Source: a virus
Lineage: Duplodnaviria > Caudoviricetes
Direction: 5' to 3' (one strand)
Virus record (IMG/VR): IMGVR_UViG_3300003885_000005
Coordinates: 1-50,671 of that record
Length of the DNA: 50,671 nucleotides
Shown: positions 1 through 9,147 of the stretch, piece after piece
Position numbering within the stretch: the first letter of the stretch is position 1
Layout of the letters: each line of letters starts with the position of its first letter
Position numbers and translations under genes: made by a program
Notes under the pieces: model-generated
What the model was told of the DNA's origin: nothing
What the model saw: only the letters and a program-made list of their open reading frames with translations
Database searches by the model: none

Positions 1-91
1 ACTCTTGCTGCTGCTGAAGGCAAGATGACAAGTAACAACCATGATACGGTTATTCTTTCAGCCACTTCAGGTCATGCCTTAACAGATGAGC
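1..91. repeat. Terminal direct repeat, identical to 50581..50671 (circular assembly overlap)
   Basis: The first and last 91 nt are identical, and the reading frame is continuous across the join. Confidence 0.97.
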
Positions 92-819
92 TTACTATTA
101 CCAAAAATAGAGGTCACTTCTATGGCATGGATGCTGTAGGTAGATACTATGGTCAACGTTCAAGAATCACCATGGGTATTACTACTGGCACTGCTGTTGC
201 TATTATCCAGAATACCGGCGTTGGTAACACATTTAGTAATCTCAAGTTCGATAGCGCTGATACATTGGGTACTAGTTTATATGCCTTTGCTGAGGGTGGT
301 GAATACACAGTAATAGAACACTGTGAGATTTACAAATCTACCCTCTTAGGCACAGCTACTGCTGCTGAGCTCTTGATGAATGGTGATAGTGCACTTATTA
401 TTGGCTGCACAATTGGTTCTTTAGCCAACGAAGTTTCGGTTGCAAGAACTAATGTACTACTTACCAGAGAAACAATTACTGGTAAGGTTTGTAGAGATGT
501 CACGTTTCAAGACTGTAACTTCTGGTTGAAGAGTTCCTCAGCAACTGCTTCTCATTTCCACTCAACTACCGCAACTGATGTTGAGCGTATGCTTAAGATC
601 AAGAACTCCGAGATGATAGTGGCGAAGTTGAGTAGTGGAACTGTTGGTGATGCGATTATAGTTGATATAGCTCAGACCGAGGGCGAGATCATTGTAATCA
701 ATACTCCTAACGTTAACAGTACTGCACTTGGTACTACAGGCGCCGTTGGTATTGTTTATTATGGACCTGAGATTGCTACAGCAGCTACAGCTGGTAACCC
801 AGTTGCAGTTACTGACTAA
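1..819 (+). CDS. C-terminal part of a beta-helix (pectin-lyase-like) virion protein; the gene starts at 50395 (about 334 aa in total)
   Basis: In frame with the ATG at 50395 across the join. It follows the capsid gene and is rich in T/G/N/I beta-strand-like segments. Confidence 0.65.
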   Translation, partial: TLAAAEGKMTSNNHDTVILSATSGHALTDELTITKNRGHFYGMDAVGRYYGQRSRITMGITTGTAVAIIQNTGVGNTFSNLKFDSADTLGTSLYAFAEGGEYTVIEHCEIYKSTLLGTATAAELLMNGDSALIIGCTIGSLANEVSVARTNVLLTRETITGKVCRDVTFQDCNFWLKSSSATASHFHSTTATDVERMLKIKNSEMIVAKLSSGTVGDAIIVDIAQTEGEIIVINTPNVNSTALGTTGAVGIVYYGPEIATAATAGNPVAVTD

Positions 820-821
820 AC

Positions 822-850
822 AGGATAAGGGGGCTTCGGCCCCCAGTCCT
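822..850 (+). terminator. Stable hairpin GGGGGC-TTCG-GCCCCC (cUUCGg tetraloop) with no U-tract; terminator or RNA-stabilising element
   Basis: Perfect 6-bp stem at 829..844, extended by AGGAT/GTCCT, directly after the stop codon. Confidence 0.55.
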
Positions 851-865
851 ACAAAGGAGACTAAT

Positions 866-1066
866 ATGAGTCTACAGTGTGCTAAATGTAGTTGTACAGA
901 AGCTGATGTTAAACCAGCAGGGGTATGTCTAGACTGCGGGTCGAAGATGGAAAAAGTGAGAGTGGTTGCACCAGTAAAAACACCAGTAAAGATATATGCT
1001 CCATCACCTTCAAAACCGGTGGCTATAGTAGATAATACAAAAGAAGTATCAACTAAAAAGACATGA
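866..1066 (+). CDS. Small zinc-ribbon protein (true start is the ATG at 866)
   Basis: AAGGAG RBS upstream; CxxC...CxxC motif. Confidence 0.65.
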   Translation: MSLQCAKCSCTEADVKPAGVCLDCGSKMEKVRVVAPVKTPVKIYAPSPSKPVAIVDNTKEVSTKKT

Positions 1067-1260
1067 AAGAGGCCTTACCTGATAAAATGACAGGGAATGA
1101 CTTAGTCGCACAGGAGAGCTACGAAGCCAGTATTGAAAAATGCCTAGTCGATAATATGGATAGAGTAGATCGAAGAGACAAAAGAGACGAAATTATCTCA
1201 ATGGCATCTAATAATAAGTTCAGAGAGAACTTCGATAAGATAAATTGGGGAGGAAAATAA
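1063..1260 (+). CDS. Hypothetical phage protein
   Basis: Overlaps the previous stop codon. Its C-terminal FRENFDKINW resembles a motif common in small phage proteins. Confidence 0.6.
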   Translation: MKEALPDKMTGNDLVAQESYEASIEKCLVDNMDRVDRRDKRDEIISMASNNKFRENFDKINWGGK

Positions 1261-1261
1261 G

Positions 1262-1627
1262 ATGGGAACTTGGTTAATGCAAGATGCTGTATTACTGGTT
1301 GATGATATGGTAACTTCTAGTATATTTCTAACACATGTTACTGAGAAACATACTTTATCAGCATCATTAGTTGATGGTGATGCAAGTGTTAGTGCACTTT
1401 CAATAGACTTAGAAGCATCTGATGATGGAAGAGGTGTTACTGATGCTAATGCAAAGTGGTATAGCTTAAACACTCATGCCTTTGATGGTGGTGAGATAAC
1501 TGCTTTACGTGCTATGTGGCATGTTGTTAGTAAACCAGTTAAGAGGGTTAGAATGAAGGTTACTGCGTCTACTGGTGAGGGTGTAGGAGATCTTCTCACA
1601 ATGAGGTATACACAGGGGAGTCAGTAA
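1262..1627 (+). CDS. Putative small virion protein
   Basis: GGAGG RBS, tight operon packing, beta-sandwich-like sequence. Confidence 0.6.
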   Translation: MGTWLMQDAVLLVDDMVTSSIFLTHVTEKHTLSASLVDGDASVSALSIDLEASDDGRGVTDANAKWYSLNTHAFDGGEITALRAMWHVVSKPVKRVRMKVTASTGEGVGDLLTMRYTQGSQ

Positions 1628-2151
1628 TGTCTATAACATATAAAGATGTTAATAATGATACTGTTAGGGTTATTACTTTTAAAGAGGGTGTAAAAACAGT
1701 AATAGTAAAAGAGAATGTAATCGTAGTCGAACGCCCACGATATAAGGATACTGAGATTATAAGGCCCAAGATTATAGAGAAGGAAGTAGAAATAACCCAC
1801 GAGAAGCATACCTATAAAGATGTTGAACATGAGCGGCCGGTTCCTGTAGATAAGGAATATGAGCGGCCTGTCTTAGTAGAGAAGGAATATATCATTCCTA
1901 AATATGTAGATAAGGAGTTTGTTATTCCTATTTATAAGGAAAAGGAATTTATAATTCCTAAGTTTGTGGAGAAGGAAGTTACAAATGTAACTATCATAGA
2001 AAAAGTGGTTGAAGTAGAAGTTCCTAAATACGTAGAGGTTATAATTGAGAGACCTGTTTATAAGGATAGAGAAGTTATAAATCCTATATTTAGGGAAAAG
2101 TTAATAGTAATAGAAAAAGAAATCAAGCCTAAAGTTAAGGATAAGAGTTAA
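1627..2151 (+). CDS. V/E/K/I/P repeat protein (alveolin/IMCp-like composition)
   Basis: About 10-aa periodic repeats such as EKEYIIPKYV, DKEFVIPIYK and EKEFIIPKFV. Confidence 0.65.
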   Translation: MSITYKDVNNDTVRVITFKEGVKTVIVKENVIVVERPRYKDTEIIRPKIIEKEVEITHEKHTYKDVEHERPVPVDKEYERPVLVEKEYIIPKYVDKEFVIPIYKEKEFIIPKFVEKEVTNVTIIEKVVEVEVPKYVEVIIERPVYKDREVINPIFREKLIVIEKEIKPKVKDKS

Positions 2152-2460
2152 ATGGAAACTAGAGTCTACCCATTTCAGAATGTAGGTGCCTTAGCTGATG
2201 CACCTAAAATGGATGTTGATGATACTGGAATAGATATTTATACTATGACTGCAGGTATGCGAGGAGTTATATTTTATAATACTGGTCCTGATATTTGCTG
2301 GCTTGGTGGTGCTACAACTGTTAGTGCTACTAATAAGAGGGGTATGGAGATATTGCCTAAAACAGCTATGCAGTTTGATAAGCCTAATTCCGATTTTACT
2401 GCGGGTTTTAGGTGTGGTACAGGTGAGACGGCTGAGATATCAATAATGGAGTATAAGTGA
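2152..2460 (+). CDS. Putative small virion protein
   Basis: Operon packing; contains the YNTG..ICWLGG type motif seen in small tail-associated proteins. Confidence 0.6.
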   Translation: METRVYPFQNVGALADAPKMDVDDTGIDIYTMTAGMRGVIFYNTGPDICWLGGATTVSATNKRGMEILPKTAMQFDKPNSDFTAGFRCGTGETAEISIMEYK

Positions 2461-2464
2461 TATA

Positions 2465-3433
2465 ATGGGATTAAAATCTTTTGTATTAAACATTGAGGAA
2501 CTTGACGGCATTCCGTCAGTATTTCCTTATAAGTTGAAAGTTCCTAACACCTCTTTGGATGACAATGGTGATGGCACAGCAACGCTTGATTTTGCGGCTG
2601 GAATAGGCGGTGCGTTTACATCAGGGTCAATTCTATTCTCAGACGGTACTACAGTCGCTGAGGACAACGCAAACCTCTTCTGGGATGATACAGCCAATGA
2701 ACTGAAAGCATTAAATCTTACTGGAACGGGTTTATTAAATTGGGATGGCGCAGTAACAATCAACTCAAGTCAAGCTGATAAGAATTTTGCAGTTGGGACT
2801 TTAGACAGTGCGAATACACTTTTTGTAGACGGCGAGAAAGGCACTGTTGGCATAGGTGCTCAACACCCATATTTCGATAAAAACAACTGGAAAGGTACTT
2901 TGTATATCAGGGGAAGTAGAAATATAGATTCTTATCGTGGATTAGTTATGGGGCAAAATTCTAATAGTGGCGCTGGAATTTTTAATTATGTAGAAGCTTT
3001 GGATGCTATGTTTTTCGGATTCACCTTGTGGGTAAATGATCCTACATCAAAATCAGAATTATGGTATGGCGGTATAGGCTGGGGCGGTCATGATGTTCAA
3101 CGGCATAAATTTTACACAAACCCAACTTACAAGAACGGAAGCGTTGGTTCAGTATTACGCTATGAAATAGATGAAGACGGATATGTTTATTTCCCCGGTG
3201 ACGACCAGTATGTTTACTTCGGTGCAGGAAATGATGCGAGGATATATTACAACAATACTAACTTTATCATTGACCCTGACGTAGTAGGCTCCGGCAAGGT
3301 CCTGATCGGGGTAACTGGAAACGATACTATCAATGCCGGGGCTTATGAGGTCGGCGGAGTGGCTGGAGCAAACTTTAATGGAGCAATTACAAATCTTACG
3401 GTAGTCAATGGAATTGTGACTGCCGCATCTTAA
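2465..3433 (+). CDS. Putative tail fibre/spike protein
   Basis: G/N/T/D-rich, with fibre-like motifs (GSILFSDG...DNANLFWD, LFVDG..GTVGIG, C-terminal VVNGIVT). Confidence 0.65.
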   Translation: MGLKSFVLNIEELDGIPSVFPYKLKVPNTSLDDNGDGTATLDFAAGIGGAFTSGSILFSDGTTVAEDNANLFWDDTANELKALNLTGTGLLNWDGAVTINSSQADKNFAVGTLDSANTLFVDGEKGTVGIGAQHPYFDKNNWKGTLYIRGSRNIDSYRGLVMGQNSNSGAGIFNYVEALDAMFFGFTLWVNDPTSKSELWYGGIGWGGHDVQRHKFYTNPTYKNGSVGSVLRYEIDEDGYVYFPGDDQYVYFGAGNDARIYYNNTNFIIDPDVVGSGKVLIGVTGNDTINAGAYEVGGVAGANFNGAITNLTVVNGIVTAAS

Positions 3434-3443
3434 GGAGGAAAAA

Positions 3444-3920
3444 ATGAAAAAGATTTTAGTTTTAATTGGGATGTTACTTTTTTTATTAACATCAGTGGCA
3501 TTTGCGGACACAGAGACGGCGACAGAAACGGCTGTATTAAAAGATTATAGTAACAACATTGTGATTGTTAAAGTTGCATTTGTGTGTGATGATACTGATG
3601 GAGTGTGTGCTACTGAGTTAGTTAATATTAATGGATTCATTTTAAATGTTGATACTAACCCTGGGTCGCCAGGACCATCAGATGGTGTATATGACATAAC
3701 CCTAATTGATTCTATATCTGGGGTTGATGTCATGGGCGGTGAACTGTCAAACAGGTCAGCTACTGCCAATGAGTCAGTATTTGCTAAACGTGGTAATGGT
3801 TACGGTGCTGTGTATACAACTGCTGTAACTATAACACCAATAAACAACTCAGTCAATGATGCTGTTTTTGATGTTTATATTACTATCTCAACAATGTTCC
3901 GTTTATCGAACTGGAATTAG
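3444..3920 (+). CDS. Signal-peptide-bearing hypothetical protein
   Basis: N-terminus MKK + hydrophobic core + AFA cleavage motif; AGGAGG RBS. Confidence 0.7.
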   Translation: MKKILVLIGMLLFLLTSVAFADTETATETAVLKDYSNNIVIVKVAFVCDDTDGVCATELVNINGFILNVDTNPGSPGPSDGVYDITLIDSISGVDVMGGELSNRSATANESVFAKRGNGYGAVYTTAVTITPINNSVNDAVFDVYITISTMFRLSNWN

Positions 3921-3932
3921 AGGAGAGCTAAC

Positions 3933-6308
3933 ATGAAGAAACTATTAATAGTTTTTCTATTCGTGTTCCTGTTTACTGGAATTGCGGAGGCCGCCAACCA
4001 AACAGAGTATTTTTATAAAGGTGCTGGTAGAAGGTCGATTTACTGGTCTGGAGAACAGGCACAGGAAGTTAACGGCGTTATCTATATGGTGTTTCAAGGG
4101 GCTGATGAAGACCCCTATGCTATTACCTATACGATAGCAACTGATACATATTCAGCAGCAGTCAAGGTAGGCACTAATCCATTGACTGATGATGCTCATG
4201 GCTCACCTACTATGTTGGTAGATTCCAGTGGGTTTATTCATGTGACTTTTGGTTCTCACGGGGGAGTGCAGAAGTATTCTAAATCTACAAACACATACGA
4301 TATATCTGCATGGACAGCTATGAGCGATATAACCGCTAATTCTACATACCCTTCATTGTTTGAAGATTCAACTGGCGATTTGTGGGTTGTGTATAGGGCA
4401 GGGACAGTAACTAATGATTGGGCTTTTAGGATTTCAACTAATGGCGGGACATCATGGGGTGCTGAATCATCATTCATAAATGGAGATGCAACCAATGGCT
4501 ATTACGGGACTACGGTTATGGATTCTAACGATGATTTACACCACGGCTTTATGTGGGTGGATATTGCTGGAGGCTCTACACGATACGATGTTTATTATAT
4601 GTGGTATGACTCGTCTGGTTCTAAGTGGTATAACGCCGCAGGAACGGAACTGACAGTACCACTTTCTAAAGCAGACGCAGACACTTATTGCAAAGTCCGT
4701 GATACTGGCTCAAATCAAGTAGGTGTATTACCCAAAGTTGGTTATGATGGTACAAACCCTTATGTATTATTTTCAGAAGGGCTTGGACAATCCTATACAT
4801 ATAAAATGGGTAAATATAGCGGTGGCTGGTCTATAAGCACTGTTGCGGCTACGGGCAATTCAAGAAGAGATAATTATATTTTAGATATTAAAAGCTCTAC
4901 TGACATAGATGCTTATGTGAATACCGGAGGTTTTACAAGCGGGGAAGTTGGACATTATGGTGACGGTGGTGGAGATATAACAATGTATAATTGGAATGGT
5001 TCGGCGTGGGGTGCCGGTTCTACTATCATGTCAAACGGTTCTTATATGGACAATCCTAAAATGGTAAAAAATTACACTACTTCGGGCAAGATGATTGTTA
5101 GTCAGTATCCTCCAAGTACATATTATAATGACCATGAACTCTATATGTGGGATGGCACAAAATTAATTACAAACGATACGTCGGACGGTACAAGTTGGCT
5201 AAGTGGATATGACAGCGCAAGCAAAGGCGCAAGACGTAAAATAATAATAAGAAACGAACAAGTTCCTGCTGATATATCTAATTATCCCGTCTATGTGAAG
5301 ATGCCACCTAATGATAATTTAGTAGCGAAAGCACAGGCAAGTGGCAATGACATAGCCTTTACAACATCAGACGGGACTACTCTGTTGGATTACGATAGAC
5401 GAAGCTATGATAGTTCGACAGGTGAACTCCATGCTTTTGTTGAAATGGATATTACTGCGGCTACCGACACAGTTTTTTATATGTATTATGGTAATCCAGA
5501 TGCTTCAGATCAACAGAATAAAGCAGGTGTGTGGGATTCAAATTATAAGTTGGTTCTGCATATGGATGAAACCACAGGTCAGCATATAGATTCTTCAGCT
5601 TCGGGTAACGACTCTACATCTATTAATGTAACAACTCAGGGTTCAGCTACTACGGTAGCGGTTGGAGCAGATAGGTTTGTAGTGGGGAGTTCTAACAAAG
5701 TTCAAATTGCAGACGATGCTACTCTTGACGCTACTGGTGATTTTACTTACGAGATATTATTTAAAATTGATAAGGTAACATCAAGCGCCACAGTACAAAA
5801 TCTACTCAATAAGAGGGATGCCGCTCTACCTTCCGTTGGAATAGTTATGTATTATCAGGGTTCGGTTACTAAGCTTGTTCATGGTGCGATAGACGTGGGG
5901 GCTGTATCCACAACATTAAGCTCTACGTCTACGGTAGATGATGATGGGTGGCATCATGTCGCATTTACAAGGTCTGGCACTACAACCGCTTTATATGTTG
6001 ATGGCGTATCGGAGGACACTGATACAACAGCTGGGAATGATGCTGATTTATCCAATGCTAATGATTTTAAAATAGGGGCTAATCGTAATGATGCTAATTT
6101 TTTAGATGGCGATGTAGCATCAGTTCGTATGTCTAATACTGTCAGAGACGCAGACTGGTTACTTACAACATCTAATAACTATTTAGACTTCATAGAATTT
6201 TACAATTTAAGTGGTGAGGAATATGTGCCCTCGACTGCTACGAAAAGCATGCAGATGTATTTCCCGTGTGCAAGGCCGTATCCGTGTAGAAAAGGTAATA
6301 GTAACTAA
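3933..6308 (+). CDS. Signal peptide + BNR/Asp-box beta-propeller + DUF2341 + LamG/ConA-like lectin domain protein (adhesin-like)
   Basis: DDAHGSP and STNGGTSW Asp-box motifs; DIAFT..DG..L.Y and FYMYYGN (DUF2341); WHHVAFT...LYVDG (LamG_3). Confidence 0.75.
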   Translation: MKKLLIVFLFVFLFTGIAEAANQTEYFYKGAGRRSIYWSGEQAQEVNGVIYMVFQGADEDPYAITYTIATDTYSAAVKVGTNPLTDDAHGSPTMLVDSSGFIHVTFGSHGGVQKYSKSTNTYDISAWTAMSDITANSTYPSLFEDSTGDLWVVYRAGTVTNDWAFRISTNGGTSWGAESSFINGDATNGYYGTTVMDSNDDLHHGFMWVDIAGGSTRYDVYYMWYDSSGSKWYNAAGTELTVPLSKADADTYCKVRDTGSNQVGVLPKVGYDGTNPYVLFSEGLGQSYTYKMGKYSGGWSISTVAATGNSRRDNYILDIKSSTDIDAYVNTGGFTSGEVGHYGDGGGDITMYNWNGSAWGAGSTIMSNGSYMDNPKMVKNYTTSGKMIVSQYPPSTYYNDHELYMWDGTKLITNDTSDGTSWLSGYDSASKGARRKIIIRNEQVPADISNYPVYVKMPPNDNLVAKAQASGNDIAFTTSDGTTLLDYDRRSYDSSTGELHAFVEMDITAATDTVFYMYYGNPDASDQQNKAGVWDSNYKLVLHMDETTGQHIDSSASGNDSTSINVTTQGSATTVAVGADRFVVGSSNKVQIADDATLDATGDFTYEILFKIDKVTSSATVQNLLNKRDAALPSVGIVMYYQGSVTKLVHGAIDVGAVSTTLSSTSTVDDDGWHHVAFTRSGTTTALYVDGVSEDTDTTAGNDADLSNANDFKIGANRNDANFLDGDVASVRMSNTVRDADWLLTTSNNYLDFIEFYNLSGEEYVPSTATKSMQMYFPCARPYPCRKGNSN

Positions 6309-6353
6309 TTAAAGTATTATAACTTTGTTATTAGTTATGGAGGTTTAATATTT

Positions 6354-6545
6354 ATGAAAAAGATTAAGAAAGAAGTCAAAAAGGACGATAACAAGGAAGC
6401 TCTGATTGCCGCTCAGAAGATATTGCAGGAGTCGCAAATGATTAAGATTAAGAAGTTCGAGGCTAAGTATAAGGCACTGTGTCAGGAGTTTGAATTAGAA
6501 ATACGGTTCCGAACTGAGTTGGTAATCGTACCTATAAACAGGTAA
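6354..6545 (+). CDS. Hypothetical protein
   Basis: ORF with a GGAGG upstream, in operon orientation. Confidence 0.55.
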   Translation: MKKIKKEVKKDDNKEALIAAQKILQESQMIKIKKFEAKYKALCQEFELEIRFRTELVIVPINR

Positions 6546-6558
6546 GGAGAACGCTAAC

Positions 6559-6834
6559 ATGGCTGAATATGATGTTTTATATAAAGTAATACCAGCAACT
6601 GCAGGAGGTTCAGTAGCTCTTGTAATTGTAACTAATTTCTTAAATAGGGCCTGGCGTGATTATTGGTCTAATAGAAAATATAGTAAGAATGGTAATAGCA
6701 AACACATGACAGAAAAAAACTGTAATCGTGAAATGGAGCATATGAAAGAAGTATTTGATTTGAAAACAAATTATCTTATTGAAAAAATAGATGAACTTCC
6801 TAACAAAATACATGCAAAACTAAATGGAGGTTAA
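6559..6834 (+). CDS. Single-TM membrane protein, possible lysis accessory
   Basis: N-terminal hydrophobic segment; immediately upstream of the endolysin. Confidence 0.55.
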   Translation: MAEYDVLYKVIPATAGGSVALVIVTNFLNRAWRDYWSNRKYSKNGNSKHMTEKNCNREMEHMKEVFDLKTNYLIEKIDELPNKIHAKLNGG

Positions 6835-7255
6835 CCTTATGAAAATGACACCTGAAGCATGGGATATGGTACCGAACTTTGATCCTGCTATAGACAACTT
6901 CGGCAATCCATTATTAATGGAAGTAGACTTGATATTTAAGATACAGAACTTTCGAGATAGAGTAGGTCTTGGAGTTATAATTCATTGTGGGACTAATAAA
7001 GAACATAGCAAAACAGGTGAGCATTATAAGGGTAATGCTATTGATGGTCATGTTAAAGGAAAACTCGACCTCCTAGATATCTTTGTAGCAGCTATAAGAT
7101 CTGGCTTTATGGGAATAGGCCTCTATCCATGGGGATTTCATTTAGATGATAGAGCAGGCCCTTTAGCTTTATGGGGAAGTATGAATGGGAAACATCAGGC
7201 TTTAACATCTGTTAATATAGATATACTTAGAGCAGCATATCGAATACACTATTAA
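6824..7255 (+). CDS. Peptidase M15-family endolysin
   Basis: H..GNAID and GIGLY..GFHLD zinc-peptidase motifs. Confidence 0.8.
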   Translation: MEVNLMKMTPEAWDMVPNFDPAIDNFGNPLLMEVDLIFKIQNFRDRVGLGVIIHCGTNKEHSKTGEHYKGNAIDGHVKGKLDLLDIFVAAIRSGFMGIGLYPWGFHLDDRAGPLALWGSMNGKHQALTSVNIDILRAAYRIHY

Positions 7256-7269
7256 AAGGAGGTCGTAAC

Positions 7270-7461
7270 ATGGCAGACATATTAGGAAACTTTATTTGGG
7301 GAGTGTGTATCGGAGGATGGGACGGACTTATCAGGGATGCTATATTTGTACTTATAGGTATGTTTATAGGTGCAAATAATCTGAAACTGGTAGCACAGAT
7401 GAGATTTATATCTAAGCAGAGGGCAAGGGAAATAGCCACTGAAATTAAGAAGGTGTTTTAA
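7270..7461 (+). CDS. Small membrane protein
   Basis: Hydrophobic segments; lies within the lysis cassette. Confidence 0.55.
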   Translation: MADILGNFIWGVCIGGWDGLIRDAIFVLIGMFIGANNLKLVAQMRFISKQRAREIATEIKKVF

Positions 7462-7877
7462 TGAGCTTCTTGGCAGCTATCCCAATTATAGGCAGTATCA
7501 TTGATAAGGGTCTTGGGATTATAGACAAGGCAGTACCTGATAAAGACCTTGCCCGTAAGTTAAAGCATGAGTTTGAATCAAGCGTCATGTCTATGGATTA
7601 TAGCGTTATTGAAAAGGAACTTGATGCCAGAGCTAAAATAATAACATCTGAGACAGGTGGTGCGGGAATTAAGGCATGGTGGCGTCCTGTTACAATGTTG
7701 GTTTTTGTCTACATAGTGGCGCATAACTATATTTTAGCTCCAATAATTCAGATGTTCTATCCACCTATGGTTGTACTTGAGATACCACCCGATTTATGGA
7801 TGTTACTCAAGTTAGGTATCGGAGGATACATCGTTGGCCGGTCAGGTGAAAAGATGATTGAGAAGTGGAAGAAGTAA
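7461..7877 (+). CDS. Holin (GTA 3TM-holin-like)
   Basis: IIDK.VPDKD, WRP followed by a TM segment, and LGIGGY..GRS.EK motifs. Confidence 0.8.
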   Translation: MSFLAAIPIIGSIIDKGLGIIDKAVPDKDLARKLKHEFESSVMSMDYSVIEKELDARAKIITSETGGAGIKAWWRPVTMLVFVYIVAHNYILAPIIQMFYPPMVVLEIPPDLWMLLKLGIGGYIVGRSGEKMIEKWKK

Positions 7878-7895
7878 TAAATTGGGAGATACTAA

Positions 7896-8063
7896 ATGCG
7901 TGAGACTCATAAAGATGGATACAAGCCTGGCGACTATTGGGTAACTTGTCCTAGGTGTGGTTTTGAGTATAGAAAAAGTGAGATGGTTATTGAATATACA
8001 GGTAAAGAAGTATGCAAACCTTGTGTAGATGATCATCCAAAGACACCAAGTAAGAGATATTAA
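7896..8063 (+). CDS. Small Zn-binding protein, 55 aa (missing from the ORF track)
   Basis: Manual translation MRETHKDGYKPGDYWVTCPRCGFEY...VCKPCVDDHP; GGGAG RBS. Confidence 0.7.
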   Translation: MRETHKDGYKPGDYWVTCPRCGFEYRKSEMVIEYTGKEVCKPCVDDHPKTPSKRY

Positions 8064-8074
8064 GGAGATAACAT

Positions 8075-9118
8075 ATGATAGCTATAGTAGCTAATGAATC
8101 GACTGCAACACTAAGGAGAATTTACTTCTTTTGTGTAGATGCTACTGATGGTATAACGCCAGAACTTGGAGAGGCCGCAGGACAACCGCAGTTATCAGTT
8201 AGTGCTGGTGCATGGGCAAATTCCAGTAACACCCTTGTTGCTATTGGTAGTGGTCATTATTACCTAGAGCTTACGCAAACTGAAGTCAATATTGCAGTTC
8301 AGTCAGTAATCAGAACTAGGTACAAATCAGCTAATACGATTGAGACAGAAGGCTCGACGGCTCAGATCTTTAGTGCTACACCTACAGACTTTGCCTCTAC
8401 GGCATCTGGTGTTCTAGGTACACTAATAACTGATGTAAGGCGTGTGGTTAAAGATGTGAGTGGAGTTAACTCTGAGATTTTATGGGATGAGCTTGAGTGG
8501 ATTGAATACTTTGCTAGTGCAGAAAGAGAAATATGTGAAAGAGCTCATGTGTTAGAGGACTCAACCACAGCGGCTGTTGTTACTATAACTATGGTAGATG
8601 GGACAGCTTCATACTCATTACACCCAAAAATTTTGTATGTGGAGAAAGCTGTACCATCTTGGGGAACCGATAGCACACCGATACCGAAGAGGTCAGAAGA
8701 CTGGTTAGATGTTAATTATCTTGGATGGCGAGATCTAGATGACGGTAAGCCAGAATATATAGTTGAGAAACAGACACATAAGATAATCTGTGTTCCAGCG
8801 CCGAACTCTGACTATGCCGCTGAGACCCTATCACTGGTGGTAAAGAGACTTCCACTTGTTGACTTATCGTTGATTAATGTTACTCCAGAAATCGACTCTC
8901 GGTACTATGACGATATGAAACACTGGGCTCTCTACCGGGCGTTTTCTAAAAGAGATGCCGAGATATATGATGAGAATAAATCTACATTCTATTCTAAACA
9001 TTATTACAACTTGTTTGAGGCAAGAGTCGGACAGAGGCCAGATGCTAATACTCAGCGGATAATGAAACAAGAGCCGGCTACTGGTATACAGATAATACCT
9101 TATAGAAGGAGCACATAG
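8075..9118 (+). CDS. Head-to-tail adaptor-like protein with an extra N-terminal domain
   Basis: The C-terminal two-thirds has an adaptor pattern (W...E...YF..AEREICER; P.P; WALYRAFSKRDAE). Confidence 0.65.
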   Translation: MIAIVANESTATLRRIYFFCVDATDGITPELGEAAGQPQLSVSAGAWANSSNTLVAIGSGHYYLELTQTEVNIAVQSVIRTRYKSANTIETEGSTAQIFSATPTDFASTASGVLGTLITDVRRVVKDVSGVNSEILWDELEWIEYFASAEREICERAHVLEDSTTAAVVTITMVDGTASYSLHPKILYVEKAVPSWGTDSTPIPKRSEDWLDVNYLGWRDLDDGKPEYIVEKQTHKIICVPAPNSDYAAETLSLVVKRLPLVDLSLINVTPEIDSRYYDDMKHWALYRAFSKRDAEIYDENKSTFYSKHYYNLFEARVGQRPDANTQRIMKQEPATGIQIIPYRRST

Positions 9119-9143
9119 TATCGTTCATTGTGTGAACATAACT
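9117..9143. promoter_or_regulatory. 27-bp dyad, copy 1: AGTATC GTTCA TTGTG TGAAC ATAACT
   Basis: Matches the nine-copy genome-wide palindrome; intergenic. Confidence 0.85.
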
Positions 9144-9147
9144 AACC

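Noticed and set aside
728-865. N-terminal part of ORF 728..1066
   Set aside because: It overlaps the upstream gene and hairpin; the RBS supports a start at 866.
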